Shown: piece after piece, positions 9,025 through 19,072 of the stretch
Layout: each line of letters begins with the position of its first letter
How positions within the stretch are numbered: position 1 is the stretch's first letter
DNA from: Thermodesulfobacteriota bacterium
GTDB lineage: Bacteria > Desulfobacterota > Binatia > Bin18
Direction of reading: 5' to 3'
DNA length: 64,000 nt
NCBI GenBank assembly: GCA_964291405.2
Contig: OZ219926.1
Coordinates: forward strand, 1,216,001 to 1,280,000
Notes under the pieces: model-generated
What the model was told of the DNA's origin: nothing
What the model saw: the letters and a program-made list of their open reading frames with translations, nothing else
Database searches by the model: none
Translations under genes and position numbers: made by a program

Positions 9025-10152
9025 ATGTCGCGTATTATTGATGCGGATGCACATTTTGCCGAGCCGCTGGATTTATGGCTCCGGTACATCGAACCGAAGT
9101 ATCGTGACCGTGCGTATCACGTCATGCTGGGGAAGGAAGCGGGGCGGGGGCAGGTGGTTGTCGAGGGAAAAGTTTCTGCGTTGTTTCCACCGGAGTGGTT
9201 TCGTGATGTCGTTCCGCTCACCATGGCCTTCGGGCAAACCGAACGCATCCTGGATCCCGACTTTACGTACTATGATGGAATTCCGGCGGCGTACGATGCG
9301 GGGGAGCGAATCAAGTGGATGGATGCCGAAGGTATTGACATGCAGTTCATCTATCCGACCTGGGGACTGCTGTGGGAAGGGGACATCGAAGACCCGGAGC
9401 TGGCTGCCGCACACTGCCGGGCCTACAACACCTGGCTGTGGGAGACGTGTTCTCCCTACATCGATCGCTTTGTCCCCATTGCTCACATCTCATTACGAGA
9501 TGTGGACTCAGCGGTAGAAGAGTTGCGGCGTGTCGCCAAGCTGGGAATGAAAGGCGTGTTCATCGGTTCCCGCCCACACCAAGGACGCAGTTTTGGGCAC
9601 CCCATCTATGATCCTTTCTGGACTGAACTCCAGGAGCTCGACCTGCCGGTAGGAATCCATATCGTGGTTTTTAAGGATTATATGGGTAGTGACTGGTATC
9701 GCGACGGGGCAACCTCCGAAGTCATGTATTTTTCCTATATGAGTCGGATGGATACCCGCTTGGCATTCAACAGTCTGCTCTACGATGGTGTATTGGAGCG
9801 ATTCCCACAACTCAAAGTCGTGCTCGTCGAGTCGCAGAGTGGCTGGCTGGTGGAGTGGTTGGACGGGATTGATCACCGCTATCAATATCTCGGACGGCTG
9901 TCTGGAATGAAACGGACGGCGAACGAATATTTTCAACGCCAGGTTTGGGTGTCCGTGGATCCGGAAGAACGGACACTGGCTGCCACAACGGAAATCTTGG
10001 GAGCAGATAAATTCTTTTGGGGGTCAGATATCCCGCATGCAGAGGGGTATACGCACCCGGTGGAGGAAGCCAGGAAGCATCTCGGTTCTCTACCCGAAAG
10101 CGCTCAGAGAAAGATTTTGGCAGACAACGTCGCCAAACTGTACGGGCTATGA
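9025..10152 (+). CDS. Amidohydrolase family protein (Amidohydro_2 type)
   Basis: IDADAH, GIH, VFERFP-like segment, WGSDIPH; GGAGG RBS before 9025. Confidence 0.88.
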   Translation: MSRIIDADAHFAEPLDLWLRYIEPKYRDRAYHVMLGKEAGRGQVVVEGKVSALFPPEWFRDVVPLTMAFGQTERILDPDFTYYDGIPAAYDAGERIKWMDAEGIDMQFIYPTWGLLWEGDIEDPELAAAHCRAYNTWLWETCSPYIDRFVPIAHISLRDVDSAVEELRRVAKLGMKGVFIGSRPHQGRSFGHPIYDPFWTELQELDLPVGIHIVVFKDYMGSDWYRDGATSEVMYFSYMSRMDTRLAFNSLLYDGVLERFPQLKVVLVESQSGWLVEWLDGIDHRYQYLGRLSGMKRTANEYFQRQVWVSVDPEERTLAATTEILGADKFFWGSDIPHAEGYTHPVEEARKHLGSLPESAQRKILADNVAKLYGL

Positions 10153-10210
10153 GAAAAATGGCGTCGCGGGCACACAGCTCTTAAGTAGAGCAAAAGAAGG
10201 AGGGGTACGC

Positions 10211-10660
10211 ATGAAAAAAGAAGCGATCAATCCCGACAATGTCTGGAAGCCGGAAGACTACTTCAATATCTACCACTCTCCCGGTTTACCCACGGTCCCG
10301 CCCGAAAAATCGGGCTGGGAACAAGCCGTCAAAAAGGGCAACTGGCTGTTTATCTCGGGCCAGACGCCGACCACGCCCGACGGAAAAACGGTTGCCACCG
10401 ATATGCATGCTCAGCTCCGACAGGCGTTGCAAAACACCCGGAATATTGTCGAGACCGTGGGCGGCACGATGGATGACATTGTCTCGATCCGCTACTACTT
10501 CAAGGCCGGGTATATGGAAGAGGGGCTGGCCGCGCTGCGGGATTTGGGCGGTGAATATTTTCAGAGCCCCTACCCCTCCACGACCTGCGTCGAAGTCGTG
10601 CGGGTGGCCTGGGCCGACCATCATTTGGAGATTGAGGCCATCGCCATGCTCGATGCGTGA
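10211..10660 (+). CDS. RidA/YjgF family protein
   Basis: LFISGQ, YPSTTCVEV, LEIEAIA; Thr appears in place of the usual catalytic Arg. Confidence 0.8.
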   Translation: MKKEAINPDNVWKPEDYFNIYHSPGLPTVPPEKSGWEQAVKKGNWLFISGQTPTTPDGKTVATDMHAQLRQALQNTRNIVETVGGTMDDIVSIRYYFKAGYMEEGLAALRDLGGEYFQSPYPSTTCVEVVRVAWADHHLEIEAIAMLDA

Positions 10661-10679
10661 CGCGAGTTCCCTCCACGTC

Positions 10680-11477
10680 TCAGTCGGTAAAGGTCGCCTC
10701 GACACGTCCGAGCGGACCAAAGTCGCCGAGCACCCGGACACCCGGAGCGATACCAGTCGGCTGGATGCACGTGCCCGTCGTCACGATCTGTCCGGCCTTG
10801 AGACCGTCCGCCCGGACCGTGAGTTCATTGGCCAGCCAGGTGAGGGCAATACGCGGGTCACCGAGCACGTTGGCACCGCGTCCCTCGCCAGCCCGAGCCC
10901 CGTTCAGGCTGAGCCAGACGGGATGGGCGGCAAGGTCGAGCGTTCTCCAGTCAGACGCGGCCGCGCTTCCCCAGACGAACAGCCCGGCGCAGGCACTGTC
11001 CGCGATGAGCTGGGCGGGACCGGCGGTGCTGAAATCCAGGAATCGCGAGTCGGGGACCTCAATGGCCGGATGGAGGCTCGCCACACTGGCCAGGACCTCG
11101 TCCATCGAGTACTCATGACCGCGCGGTGGCAGGTCGCGCGCCAGACGGAAGGCGAACTCCAGCTCCACCACACGCATCCCATTCGCACCGAGCGAGAGCG
11201 TTGCCGGGCTGCGGCTGATCTTCCCTGCCAGGAGCCGTCCCGCCAGCGGCCCGTCCACCCCAATATGCGCCTGTCCGGCCTGACTGGTAGCGGCAATCTT
11301 CCAGCCCGAAACGGGCTGCCCCGAATTGCTGGCCAGCCTGGCCTGAACCGCATACCCATCCTCAATGGTCAGCGGCCGACACGCATCGGGTAATTGTTCG
11401 AGCTTTCGGCCATCCTGCCAGGCGTTCCAGAGTAGCTGGGCAGCCTCTTGTATTTGTGCCTGGTCCATACGTTTCAT
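10680..11477 (-). CDS. 2-keto-4-pentenoate hydratase / fumarylacetoacetate hydrolase family protein
   Basis: GWKIAATS, VELEFAF, AIEVPDSR, VLGDP, GQIVTTGT. Confidence 0.88.
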   Translation of the reverse strand: MKRMDQAQIQEAAQLLWNAWQDGRKLEQLPDACRPLTIEDGYAVQARLASNSGQPVSGWKIAATSQAGQAHIGVDGPLAGRLLAGKISRSPATLSLGANGMRVVELEFAFRLARDLPPRGHEYSMDEVLASVASLHPAIEVPDSRFLDFSTAGPAQLIADSACAGLFVWGSAAASDWRTLDLAAHPVWLSLNGARAGEGRGANVLGDPRIALTWLANELTVRADGLKAGQIVTTGTCIQPTGIAPGVRVLGDFGPLGRVEATFTD

Positions 11478-11524
11478 CCATACTCAATACGGAACGGTCC
11501 TCAGATTGTGCCGGGGTGATATCC

Positions 11525-11998
11525 CTATTGCGCAGCTTTTACTTGCCACTCCTTCGTAATCCGTTCCTCTTCTCCGCCAGGCGTCCAAATCACCAACGCG
11601 TGCACCGGGTCCTTGGACTTTACCGTGTGCCGCGTCGTCGTGTTGGCCGGTACCAGACAAGCCATACCGGCGCTGAGCGTCTGTACCTTTCCCTCACTCG
11701 TTTGTTCCATCTCTCCGGACAGAATATAAAAAGTTTCGGTTGACTGATGGATGTGGTTGGGTACATCCACCCCAGGCGGCACGACCAAGTACCCGAGCGT
11801 GAGCTCGGTCGTTCCCCCGAGGTGTTGATCAATCAAGATGGTCACTTCGGTCTTTGTGACCGGGTCGACGTATGTCGTTGCCTGTTCGGGGCGGACGAAC
11901 CGTGACACCTCCTCGGCCAGGGCTGTTGGTACAATGGATACGAGCCCCGCCAGTATCACAGCAAGACTCGTCCAACGTGAGGGACACAGGGTAGGCAT
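11525..11998 (-). CDS. Cupin domain protein with probable signal peptide
   Basis: Hydrophobic N-terminus ending in ALA; HIHQSTETFYILSG and PANTTTRH...PGGEE motifs. Confidence 0.8.
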   Translation of the reverse strand: MPTLCPSRWTSLAVILAGLVSIVPTALAEEVSRFVRPEQATTYVDPVTKTEVTILIDQHLGGTTELTLGYLVVPPGVDVPNHIHQSTETFYILSGEMEQTSEGKVQTLSAGMACLVPANTTTRHTVKSKDPVHALVIWTPGGEEERITKEWQVKAAQ

Positions 11999-12126
11999 CG
12001 TTGAAATCTCCTTTTGACATTCGCTCCCGTTTGGCAGGATAATACTGACCAGTCAGCACCGGAACGCTCCAGGTCAGCTTAGGACGATCACCCAGGCAAC
12101 GGCAAGAGCCGTGTAGCACAGGAGGG

Positions 12127-13233
12127 ATGCTTATGGCCGGTAAAGACAGCAGCGATCGCAGCCTGCGTATCGCCTCGATGACAACCATGCTGGATTATCA
12201 CTGGATGTTTCTACGCACCCTCTCGTCTGCGGTCCGGGAGTATTTGGGCGAGGCCGGCCTGGCGGCGCTTGAGCGTGGCTTCCGGCGGGCGGGGTATTAT
12301 CGCGGCCAACGCATTCGTGACCGCCCGGAGACCTTTGCCGAAGGGCGTGACGCCCTGGCGCTGATCCGTCACTGGGATATGGGCGAGCACGCCATGGCCG
12401 CAGAGACGGGTCCGTTCGAGGTCAGCGGCTCAGCCGCCCAGGCGACCCTGACCTTTCCCCACGTCCCGGGCGCGGATTACTTCAGCACCCATCCAGGGGG
12501 CGAGATACTCGAACCCTATTGGCGTAACACCCTGGCGGGGATTGCTGAAGGCTATGATGCGTCAGCCGGGGTCGAGTGTTCTGCCGTGACAGTGGACCTG
12601 AACACGCCCTGGCGGCTCACCTGGACCTACCGAGGTGAATCCGAAGAGGTCACGGCCGGGCCACCCGAGGATGTTTTTGCCCAGCCGGCCAGGGCCATCC
12701 AGCTCACCCGCAGTACCTTCGCCGTGTTTGCCGTCATGCAGATGTATGTCGGCTTCGAGCTGATTGATCGGTTTGACGCCTCGGGCGAGCGGGCGCTGCG
12801 TGAGGCCCTGTATCAGTTCGGGGTCGAGCGCGGCCAAGGCATGCGCGAACAGGCGCTGAGCCAGGGGCGACCGCTGGACTTTCAGTCCTGGTTCGAGGTG
12901 CTCCAGGAACGCGACCCGGCCGAATCGGTTTTCGTTTTTCGCGGCGATACCCGTATCTCCCCCGGCGTCATGCAGGCCGAGTGTACCTATTGCCCGCTGG
13001 CCGAGGTCTGGTCGGAAGAAGGCGAGCGGGGGCTGAAGCTGGGCTATATGTACGATGTCGAGGTCCACCGGGGTCTGGTGGAATCCTATCATCCGGGTGG
13101 GCGGATTGGCTGGAATACGGTCAAGACCCGTGGGGATCGGACGTGCAAATTCCATTTCTCAATCCCGGACCTGGTGACGGCCGATGATCCCGATTGGGCC
13201 CAGCCCCGCCGAACAAAACCGGGCCAGGCTTAA
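12127..13233 (+). CDS. L-2-amino-thiazoline-4-carboxylate hydrolase-like protein (V4R-related), two tandem domains
   Basis: Two repeated units (GEAGLAALERG...RG and GERALREA...GVERG); C-terminal YCPLAEVW and GDRTCKFHF. Confidence 0.65.
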   Translation: MLMAGKDSSDRSLRIASMTTMLDYHWMFLRTLSSAVREYLGEAGLAALERGFRRAGYYRGQRIRDRPETFAEGRDALALIRHWDMGEHAMAAETGPFEVSGSAAQATLTFPHVPGADYFSTHPGGEILEPYWRNTLAGIAEGYDASAGVECSAVTVDLNTPWRLTWTYRGESEEVTAGPPEDVFAQPARAIQLTRSTFAVFAVMQMYVGFELIDRFDASGERALREALYQFGVERGQGMREQALSQGRPLDFQSWFEVLQERDPAESVFVFRGDTRISPGVMQAECTYCPLAEVWSEEGERGLKLGYMYDVEVHRGLVESYHPGGRIGWNTVKTRGDRTCKFHFSIPDLVTADDPDWAQPRRTKPGQA

Positions 13234-13281
13234 CCAAAAAGCTGAACGACGTGGTTCATGACCGCGTAGAGGAGGCGCATC

Positions 13282-14220
13282 ATGCTCGATATGCTCGACA
13301 ACCCTGTTCCGTGGCCCGACGGCGCGCGCTGCGCAGCATCCATCACGTTCGACATGGATACGGACAGCGCCCTGCACCTGTCGCATGCCGACGCCTACAA
13401 ACGAGTGGCCGCCCTGTCGTGGTTACGCTACGACGAGGTCGCGGTGCCGCGGATCGTGAAGCTGTTTAACCACTATAATATCAAGGGCACCTTTTTCGTA
13501 CCGGGCTGGTGCGTTGAACGCTATCCGGCCACGGTCGAGCCGATTGTCGCCAGCGGCCACGAACTGGCCTATCACGGCTATCTGCACGAGAACCCCATGG
13601 ACCAGACCCGCGAGGGCGAGCGCTACTGGCTGGAGCGCAGCATTGAGGCGATCGAACGATGCAGCGGCAAACGACCGGCAGGCGGCCGGGCGCCGTATTA
13701 CAACTACTCGCCTCACTCCACCGGGCTGCTGGCCCAGGCCGGCTTTGTGTACGATTCGAGCCTCATGGCTGACAGCCAGCCCTACGTCATGCGCGCGCCC
13801 GAGGGCGAGGTCATCGAATTGCCGACCGACTGGGCCATGGACGACTGGCCGCAATATGCGCACAGTCCGGACTTTCGGTATCTGATGCCCACCCGCGCGC
13901 CGGACAAAGCCATGGAAATTTTCATGGCGGAGTTCGAGGCGGCTTATGAATTCGGCGGCCTGTGGGTCACGGTCTGGCATCCGTTTGTGACCGGGCGGCT
14001 GGCCCGCCTCGCCGAAGTGGCCAAGATGATAGAGGCGATACAAAACCGGGGCGACGTATGGTTTGCCACCATGGAGGACATCGCCCTGCACGTGCGGCGC
14101 TGTATCGCCGACGGGAGCTATACACCCCGCATTGTGTCCATGCCCTATTATGAGGAACCAATCCCGGAATTGACCGAGGGATTTCCCGCGGGCCTGGAGC
14201 TCAGAAAGCCGAGCGGTTAG
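13282..14220 (+). CDS. Polysaccharide deacetylase family protein (PuuE-like)
   Basis: TFDMD, TFFVPG, HELAYHGYLHE, YDSS, WHPF..GR. Confidence 0.88.
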   Translation: MLDMLDNPVPWPDGARCAASITFDMDTDSALHLSHADAYKRVAALSWLRYDEVAVPRIVKLFNHYNIKGTFFVPGWCVERYPATVEPIVASGHELAYHGYLHENPMDQTREGERYWLERSIEAIERCSGKRPAGGRAPYYNYSPHSTGLLAQAGFVYDSSLMADSQPYVMRAPEGEVIELPTDWAMDDWPQYAHSPDFRYLMPTRAPDKAMEIFMAEFEAAYEFGGLWVTVWHPFVTGRLARLAEVAKMIEAIQNRGDVWFATMEDIALHVRRCIADGSYTPRIVSMPYYEEPIPELTEGFPAGLELRKPSG

Positions 14221-15626
14221 GTCGGACGCCGTGTATGCCAGGTCGTGCTCTGCTCGTAGGCATACGCCAGGCGCAGGACCGTCGCTTCCTCAAATGGCCG
14301 TCCGACAATTTGGAGCCCGACCGGCAGACCGTCTTGTGTAAACCCGCACGGCACTGAAATGGCGGGCAGGCCGGTCATATTGAACGGTCGAGTTGCCCGA
14401 GCGATATGGGCGGCAACGGGGAATTCCTTGTCGCCTATGGTGACGGTCGGCTGGTCTATCCTGCTAGCCGCCAGGACGGTTGTCGGCGTCACCAACGCGT
14501 TGACCTGGCCGAGCAGGTCAAGCATCTCCTGGCGTAACAGCGACCGGAAGCGTTGGGCCTTGAGATATTGCGCGGCCTGCACGCAAGCGCCGAGCAACAG
14601 CCGGGTGCGCACGTCAGCGCCATAGTCCTGGCTGCGAGTTTGCGCAGTCCGGGCATGAATCTCGTACGCCTCCGCCGCAATGATAGCGGTCGAGCTGGCA
14701 ATCACATGCTGAATGCTGGGGATGGAGACGGCTTCGACTGTCGCCCCCAAGTCAGACAGATGCTGTATGGCGGCCTGCACGCTCTCCCGGACTGCCGGCT
14801 CAATATCGTCAAAAAAATACTCCTGCGGCACACCGAGACGGAGCCCTCGGATGTCCTCCTTCAGGGCCGCCGTATAATCCGGCACCGCCGCCGTGCTGGC
14901 GGTCGGGTCGTTGGGGTCGGGGCCGGCGATGGCGTGCAGAAGTATGGCAGCATCGGCAACCGTTCTGACCATAGGGCCGACATGATCGCACGAATGGCTC
15001 AGCGGATAGACCCCGAACCGACTCACCCGCCCATACGTCGGTTTGAGACCCACGATGCCGCTGAGCGAGGCCGGGATACGGACCGAACCACCCGTATCTG
15101 TCCCGAGCGTCCCCATGGCCAGTCCGGCCGCCATGGCCACCGCCGAGCCGCCGCTCGATCCACCGGGAAGACGCGTGTGGTCCCACGGGTTGCGGGGGGT
15201 GCCGTAGTGCGGGTTGAGCGAGGTCCCGCCCCAGGCGAACTCGTGCATATTGAGTTTCCCCAGCAGAACCGTGCCGGCCTGCCTGAGTCGGGTAACAACC
15301 GTGGCATCGCTGTCCGCGATATGGTCGGCCATGATTTTTGAGCCGCAGGTCATGCGCACGCCCTTGACCGCAAACAGGTCCTTGAGCGCGATGGGAATGC
15401 CGTGGAGCGGACCTCGATATTGCCCGTGCGTAATTTCCTGTTCCGCGCTACGCGCCGCGGCCAGCGCTCCATCGCCGAGGATAGTAAGATATGCCAGGTA
15501 TTCGTCGTTCAGCCGCTCAATCCGGTCAAGATAAGCCTGGGCTACTTCTACGGGTGAGACTTCTTTCTTTTGGATGAGAGGCGCTAACTCGGCAATGCTC
15601 GTAAAGGCCAACGCTTCAGTCTTCAT
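14217..15626 (-). CDS. Amidase-signature family enzyme (GatA/AtzE-like)
   Basis: GPLHGIPIALKD, GGSSGGS, GTDTGGSVRIPA (Lys-cisSer-Ser triad). Confidence 0.92.
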   Translation of the reverse strand: MKTEALAFTSIAELAPLIQKKEVSPVEVAQAYLDRIERLNDEYLAYLTILGDGALAAARSAEQEITHGQYRGPLHGIPIALKDLFAVKGVRMTCGSKIMADHIADSDATVVTRLRQAGTVLLGKLNMHEFAWGGTSLNPHYGTPRNPWDHTRLPGGSSGGSAVAMAAGLAMGTLGTDTGGSVRIPASLSGIVGLKPTYGRVSRFGVYPLSHSCDHVGPMVRTVADAAILLHAIAGPDPNDPTASTAAVPDYTAALKEDIRGLRLGVPQEYFFDDIEPAVRESVQAAIQHLSDLGATVEAVSIPSIQHVIASSTAIIAAEAYEIHARTAQTRSQDYGADVRTRLLLGACVQAAQYLKAQRFRSLLRQEMLDLLGQVNALVTPTTVLAASRIDQPTVTIGDKEFPVAAHIARATRPFNMTGLPAISVPCGFTQDGLPVGLQIVGRPFEEATVLRLAYAYEQSTTWHTRRPT

Positions 15627-15819
15627 GGCGTTCGCCCTCCGACATGACAAAACGTACCGCCGGCTCTATGTGGCTGAGGTTCAGCGCGTCCAGTGCGTCC
15701 AGGCCCGCGGACAATTGCACATACAGCGTGGTCAGCTCTTCCAGAGCATCTTCGCTCAGCGGTTCCGCGAGTTTGTCTCGGAGAAGAGCAGCTACGAGTT
15801 CCCGATCTCTCATGTCCAT
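15616..15819 (-). CDS. Small 67-aa protein, GatC/AtzG-like amidase partner
   Basis: AGGAGG RBS before ATG 15819; helical acidic protein ending L..IEPAVRF; overlaps the amidase start. Confidence 0.65.
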   Translation of the reverse strand: MDMRDRELVAALLRDKLAEPLSEDALEELTTLYVQLSAGLDALDALNLSHIEPAVRFVMSEGERHED

Positions 15820-16025
15820 GTTTGCCTCCTTCGGAAGCTGTTCATATACCACGTCTATCACGTACGACGCTTGATCAGACCTTGTCCCTTGACTTCTCAA
15901 GAGCGGCAGCACTAGAAGAGGGGACACGGAGAATTTGCAAAATACCGCCTTCGCCACTCTGCCCGCAAGACAAGTCAGATCCGAGAGGGAGAACTGGGAT
16001 TCTTTCAAAAGGGAGGGCAAAACGT

Positions 16026-17153
16026 ATGGCAACAGCAGCAACGGACTATGCGCCTCTCAGAGTCCCCTTACCCCAAGCGCGTCACCTTCCCGGATATTTC
16101 TATACCTCACCCGAAATCTACGCCTTGGAGAAAGAAAAAATCTTTCGCAAAGAATGGCTGTGTGTGGGTAGAGAGGAGGAGATCGAGCGACCCGGAGACT
16201 ATCTGACGTTTCGGGTTGCCGATGAGCCCCTGCTTGTCTGTCGGGACGAGCATGGCCAGCTCAACGCCTTCTACAACGTGTGTCGCCACCGCGGGACCGA
16301 GGTCGCTTGTGGACGGGGAAATGCCAAGAGTTTCAGTTGTCCCTATCACGCCTGGACCTATAACCTGAAAGGCCGCTTGGTCGGTGCCCCGCATACCAAG
16401 GAGATCGAGAATTTTCAGTTCTCCGATTTCAGCCTCGTGCCGTTACGCATCGACACCTGGGCCGGGTTCGTGTTTGTCAGTTTTGAGTCGCACCCGATCA
16501 GTTTGACCGAGTTTTTAGGTGACTTTCCTGAAGTGTACGCACCCTACCGATTTGAAGAATTACAGGTGGCTGACACGATTGTTTCAGAACTCGATTGCAA
16601 CTGGAAGTTCGCGGTTGAAAACCTGGTCGATACCTATCATGTGGCAGCGCTTCACGGGGAGTCGTTCGGCGCCTATCAACCACTGGACACCTATGAGTTT
16701 CAACTGACCAAGGGCGGCTATCATAGTCAATTTAAGGGCGGGACGATCACACCTGACGGCAAATCGCTCTTCGGACCTTTCCCCTGGCTTCCAAAGGAAT
16801 ATCTCCATGGCGGGTATTCGAGTCACCTGCGACCGAATCTGGCCTTTTTTCCGCGATTCGACTTCCACTCTTTTATTACGTGTTGGCCACTTGAGACCGA
16901 GCGATGTGTGTCCATCACCTATCTGCTGTTCCCAAAACAGCACTTTGAGTTGCCCGACTTTCAAAACCGTTGTCAGGTGTATGTCGATTTCTATAAGGCC
17001 ATTCTGGACGAGGACAAGAGCATGATTCTGTCTCTCCAGAAGGGGATGAAGTCCCGGGCGTTTCAGCCCGGACCGATGTCCAGATTTGAAACAGCCATTC
17101 ACAACGTAGCAAACCATTACCTGGATTGCCTGTACGGCGATGCCGAGCACTAA
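16026..17153 (+). CDS. Rieske non-heme iron oxygenase alpha subunit (choline/carnitine oxygenase-like)
   Basis: CRHRG...CPYHAW Rieske motif; NWK..VEN..DTYH...LH and ED iron site. Confidence 0.92.
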   Translation: MATAATDYAPLRVPLPQARHLPGYFYTSPEIYALEKEKIFRKEWLCVGREEEIERPGDYLTFRVADEPLLVCRDEHGQLNAFYNVCRHRGTEVACGRGNAKSFSCPYHAWTYNLKGRLVGAPHTKEIENFQFSDFSLVPLRIDTWAGFVFVSFESHPISLTEFLGDFPEVYAPYRFEELQVADTIVSELDCNWKFAVENLVDTYHVAALHGESFGAYQPLDTYEFQLTKGGYHSQFKGGTITPDGKSLFGPFPWLPKEYLHGGYSSHLRPNLAFFPRFDFHSFITCWPLETERCVSITYLLFPKQHFELPDFQNRCQVYVDFYKAILDEDKSMILSLQKGMKSRAFQPGPMSRFETAIHNVANHYLDCLYGDAEH

Positions 17154-17164
17154 GGAGGTGGGCT

Positions 17165-18187
17165 ATGCTATCCAATCTGGGTCCGGAGTTGGCCCATGCG
17201 GCAGAGGTCATGACCAGAGATGTCCTGCTCATAAAGCCGGGCGAGACCGTGCTGATTACGGCAGATACCGCCTCGGATATGAACGCGGTCGACGCGATTC
17301 AAAACGCCGCGCATCGACTCGATGCAAAAGTCGCTGTTCTCATCTCACCGCAGTTGCCTTTGCACGGCGGCTTTGCCGAGCCGTATATTACCGAGCCGGT
17401 GAGATCGGCGATAAAAAGCTGCGACGTGTGGATCGAGCTCAACTGGCCCTATATGGCGGGCTCTCAGGCATACGATGAGGCGATGGAAGGCGGACGGGTC
17501 CGCTACTACCTCTCGGTCGGTCTGACCGGAGAGGCCCTGGTGAGGCTGTTCGGGAAATCGGATTTGGATACCGTCTTCGCAGTCACGGACGCTTTCCACG
17601 CCCAGTTGGAGAAGGGGAAACAGTGTCGGATGACCAACTCGCTTGGGTCCGATGTGACCTTCACGATTGGAGATCCCATCACGATCGGCTTGTGTCGAGC
17701 CGATGGGGTCGGTTGCTTTGGCCTGCCGGGAGCAGTGGCCATCATGCCCCAGGAGGAGTCGGTTCAGGGCGTGATCAAACTGGACGCGATCTTTCACGAA
17801 TACTATGCGCTCACCCAGTCGGAGCCTATCACCCTGACCGTGGACGGGAAGATCAGAGAGGTCAGCGGTGGATCGTCTGAGGTCCGCATTCTCGACCGAG
17901 CTCTCAGGCGGGCCGGTGGCGGCGAATATGGCTATGTCATCCACTTTACCTGCGGCATCCATCCAGCCGCCCGATTCACCGGCAACTGCTTTGTCGAGGA
18001 TCAGCGGGTGATGGGAAACAACGCCATCGGCTTGGGCTTGCCTTTCTGGGTACCGGGAGGCGGAGAAAACCATCCCGACGCGGTCATGGCCAAACAGTCC
18101 ATCTGGCTGGAGGGTGAACAGATTGTGAAAGATGGTCTGATAGTCGGACCGCCCTCTCTGGCAGAGGTGGCGGTGGACCTCGCGTAA
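17165..18187 (+). CDS. M29-fold metalloprotein, NicX-like (2,5-dihydroxypyridine 5,6-dioxygenase-like)
   Basis: KPGETVLITAD N-terminus, LPG, IHFTCG and NHPD; the Glu/His ligands typical of M29 aminopeptidases appear replaced. Confidence 0.6.
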   Translation: MLSNLGPELAHAAEVMTRDVLLIKPGETVLITADTASDMNAVDAIQNAAHRLDAKVAVLISPQLPLHGGFAEPYITEPVRSAIKSCDVWIELNWPYMAGSQAYDEAMEGGRVRYYLSVGLTGEALVRLFGKSDLDTVFAVTDAFHAQLEKGKQCRMTNSLGSDVTFTIGDPITIGLCRADGVGCFGLPGAVAIMPQEESVQGVIKLDAIFHEYYALTQSEPITLTVDGKIREVSGGSSEVRILDRALRRAGGGEYGYVIHFTCGIHPAARFTGNCFVEDQRVMGNNAIGLGLPFWVPGGGENHPDAVMAKQSIWLEGEQIVKDGLIVGPPSLAEVAVDLA

Positions 18188-18255
18188 AACTTTGGCCCAA
18201 CAGCGAAACAGGCTCACCGGTCTTCGAGGCCGAACAAAATGAGGAGGAAACATAT

Positions 18256-19056
18256 ATGCCGCGTGCACGGGTAAACGGAGTCGAGCTCGCGTATAATTTG
18301 GAAGGATCCGGAGAGGCCCTGGTCTTGCTCCACGGCGGACAAACAGACCAAAGCGTCTATGCCGGCATCCTGCCCACACTCACAAGCCGATTTCGGGTGC
18401 TGAACTTCGACCAACGAGGCTCGGGAGAGAGCGAAAAGCCGGACATCCCCTACAGCATGGCTCTACTGGCGGACGATACCGCCGCGTTGATGGATCATGT
18501 CGGCCTTTCTTCAGCGCATATTGTTGGCACGTCCATGGGCGGCATGCTGGCGCAAGAATTTGGGCTGCGTCATCCAAGCAAGACGCGCTCTCTGGTTATC
18601 GGCTGCGCGGTCGCGGGCGGGCCGTATCCGGTGAGTCTGGGGAGTGAGGAGTCAGAAAAGGCGTTTTCCACCGAAGCCCTCTCCGCGGAAGAGCGGGCGA
18701 GAGCGCTGGCCGAGTCGATTTTCACCCAGGGTTATATAGAGACCCACCCGGAAATCATCCCCGCACTCATTGAGGCTCGGCGCAACAAGCCTATTGACCC
18801 TGTGGCGCTGGGTCATCGTCTCGACGCTGCCTACGCCCATGATACCTACGACCGCTTACCGCATATCTCGTGCCCGACTCTCGTCATTGTTGGCAAGGAT
18901 GATGCAATTATTCCTTGGGAGAACTCTCGGATTATTGCCGAGCGCATCCCTGGCGCAGAACTGGTTGTCTTGGAACCCGCCGGACATGGTTTCTGGCTGG
19001 AGCGACCAGACGAGACGTGTCAAACGATTCTAGAGTTCTTAGGGGAAGGCGGGTGA
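18256..19056 (+). CDS. Alpha/beta hydrolase (enol-lactonase / deformylase-like)
   Basis: LLHG, DQRGSGES, GTSMGG nucleophile elbow, D and GH triad residues. Confidence 0.88.
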   Translation: MPRARVNGVELAYNLEGSGEALVLLHGGQTDQSVYAGILPTLTSRFRVLNFDQRGSGESEKPDIPYSMALLADDTAALMDHVGLSSAHIVGTSMGGMLAQEFGLRHPSKTRSLVIGCAVAGGPYPVSLGSEESEKAFSTEALSAEERARALAESIFTQGYIETHPEIIPALIEARRNKPIDPVALGHRLDAAYAHDTYDRLPHISCPTLVIVGKDDAIIPWENSRIIAERIPGAELVVLEPAGHGFWLERPDETCQTILEFLGEGG

Positions 19057-19072
19057 CATCGAGAGCCGTGTA

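Noticed and set aside
14217-15819. gatCA (Glu/Asp-tRNA amidotransferase) call
   Set aside because: No gatB, catabolic context, and a second similar amidase at 48587; treated as a generic amidase
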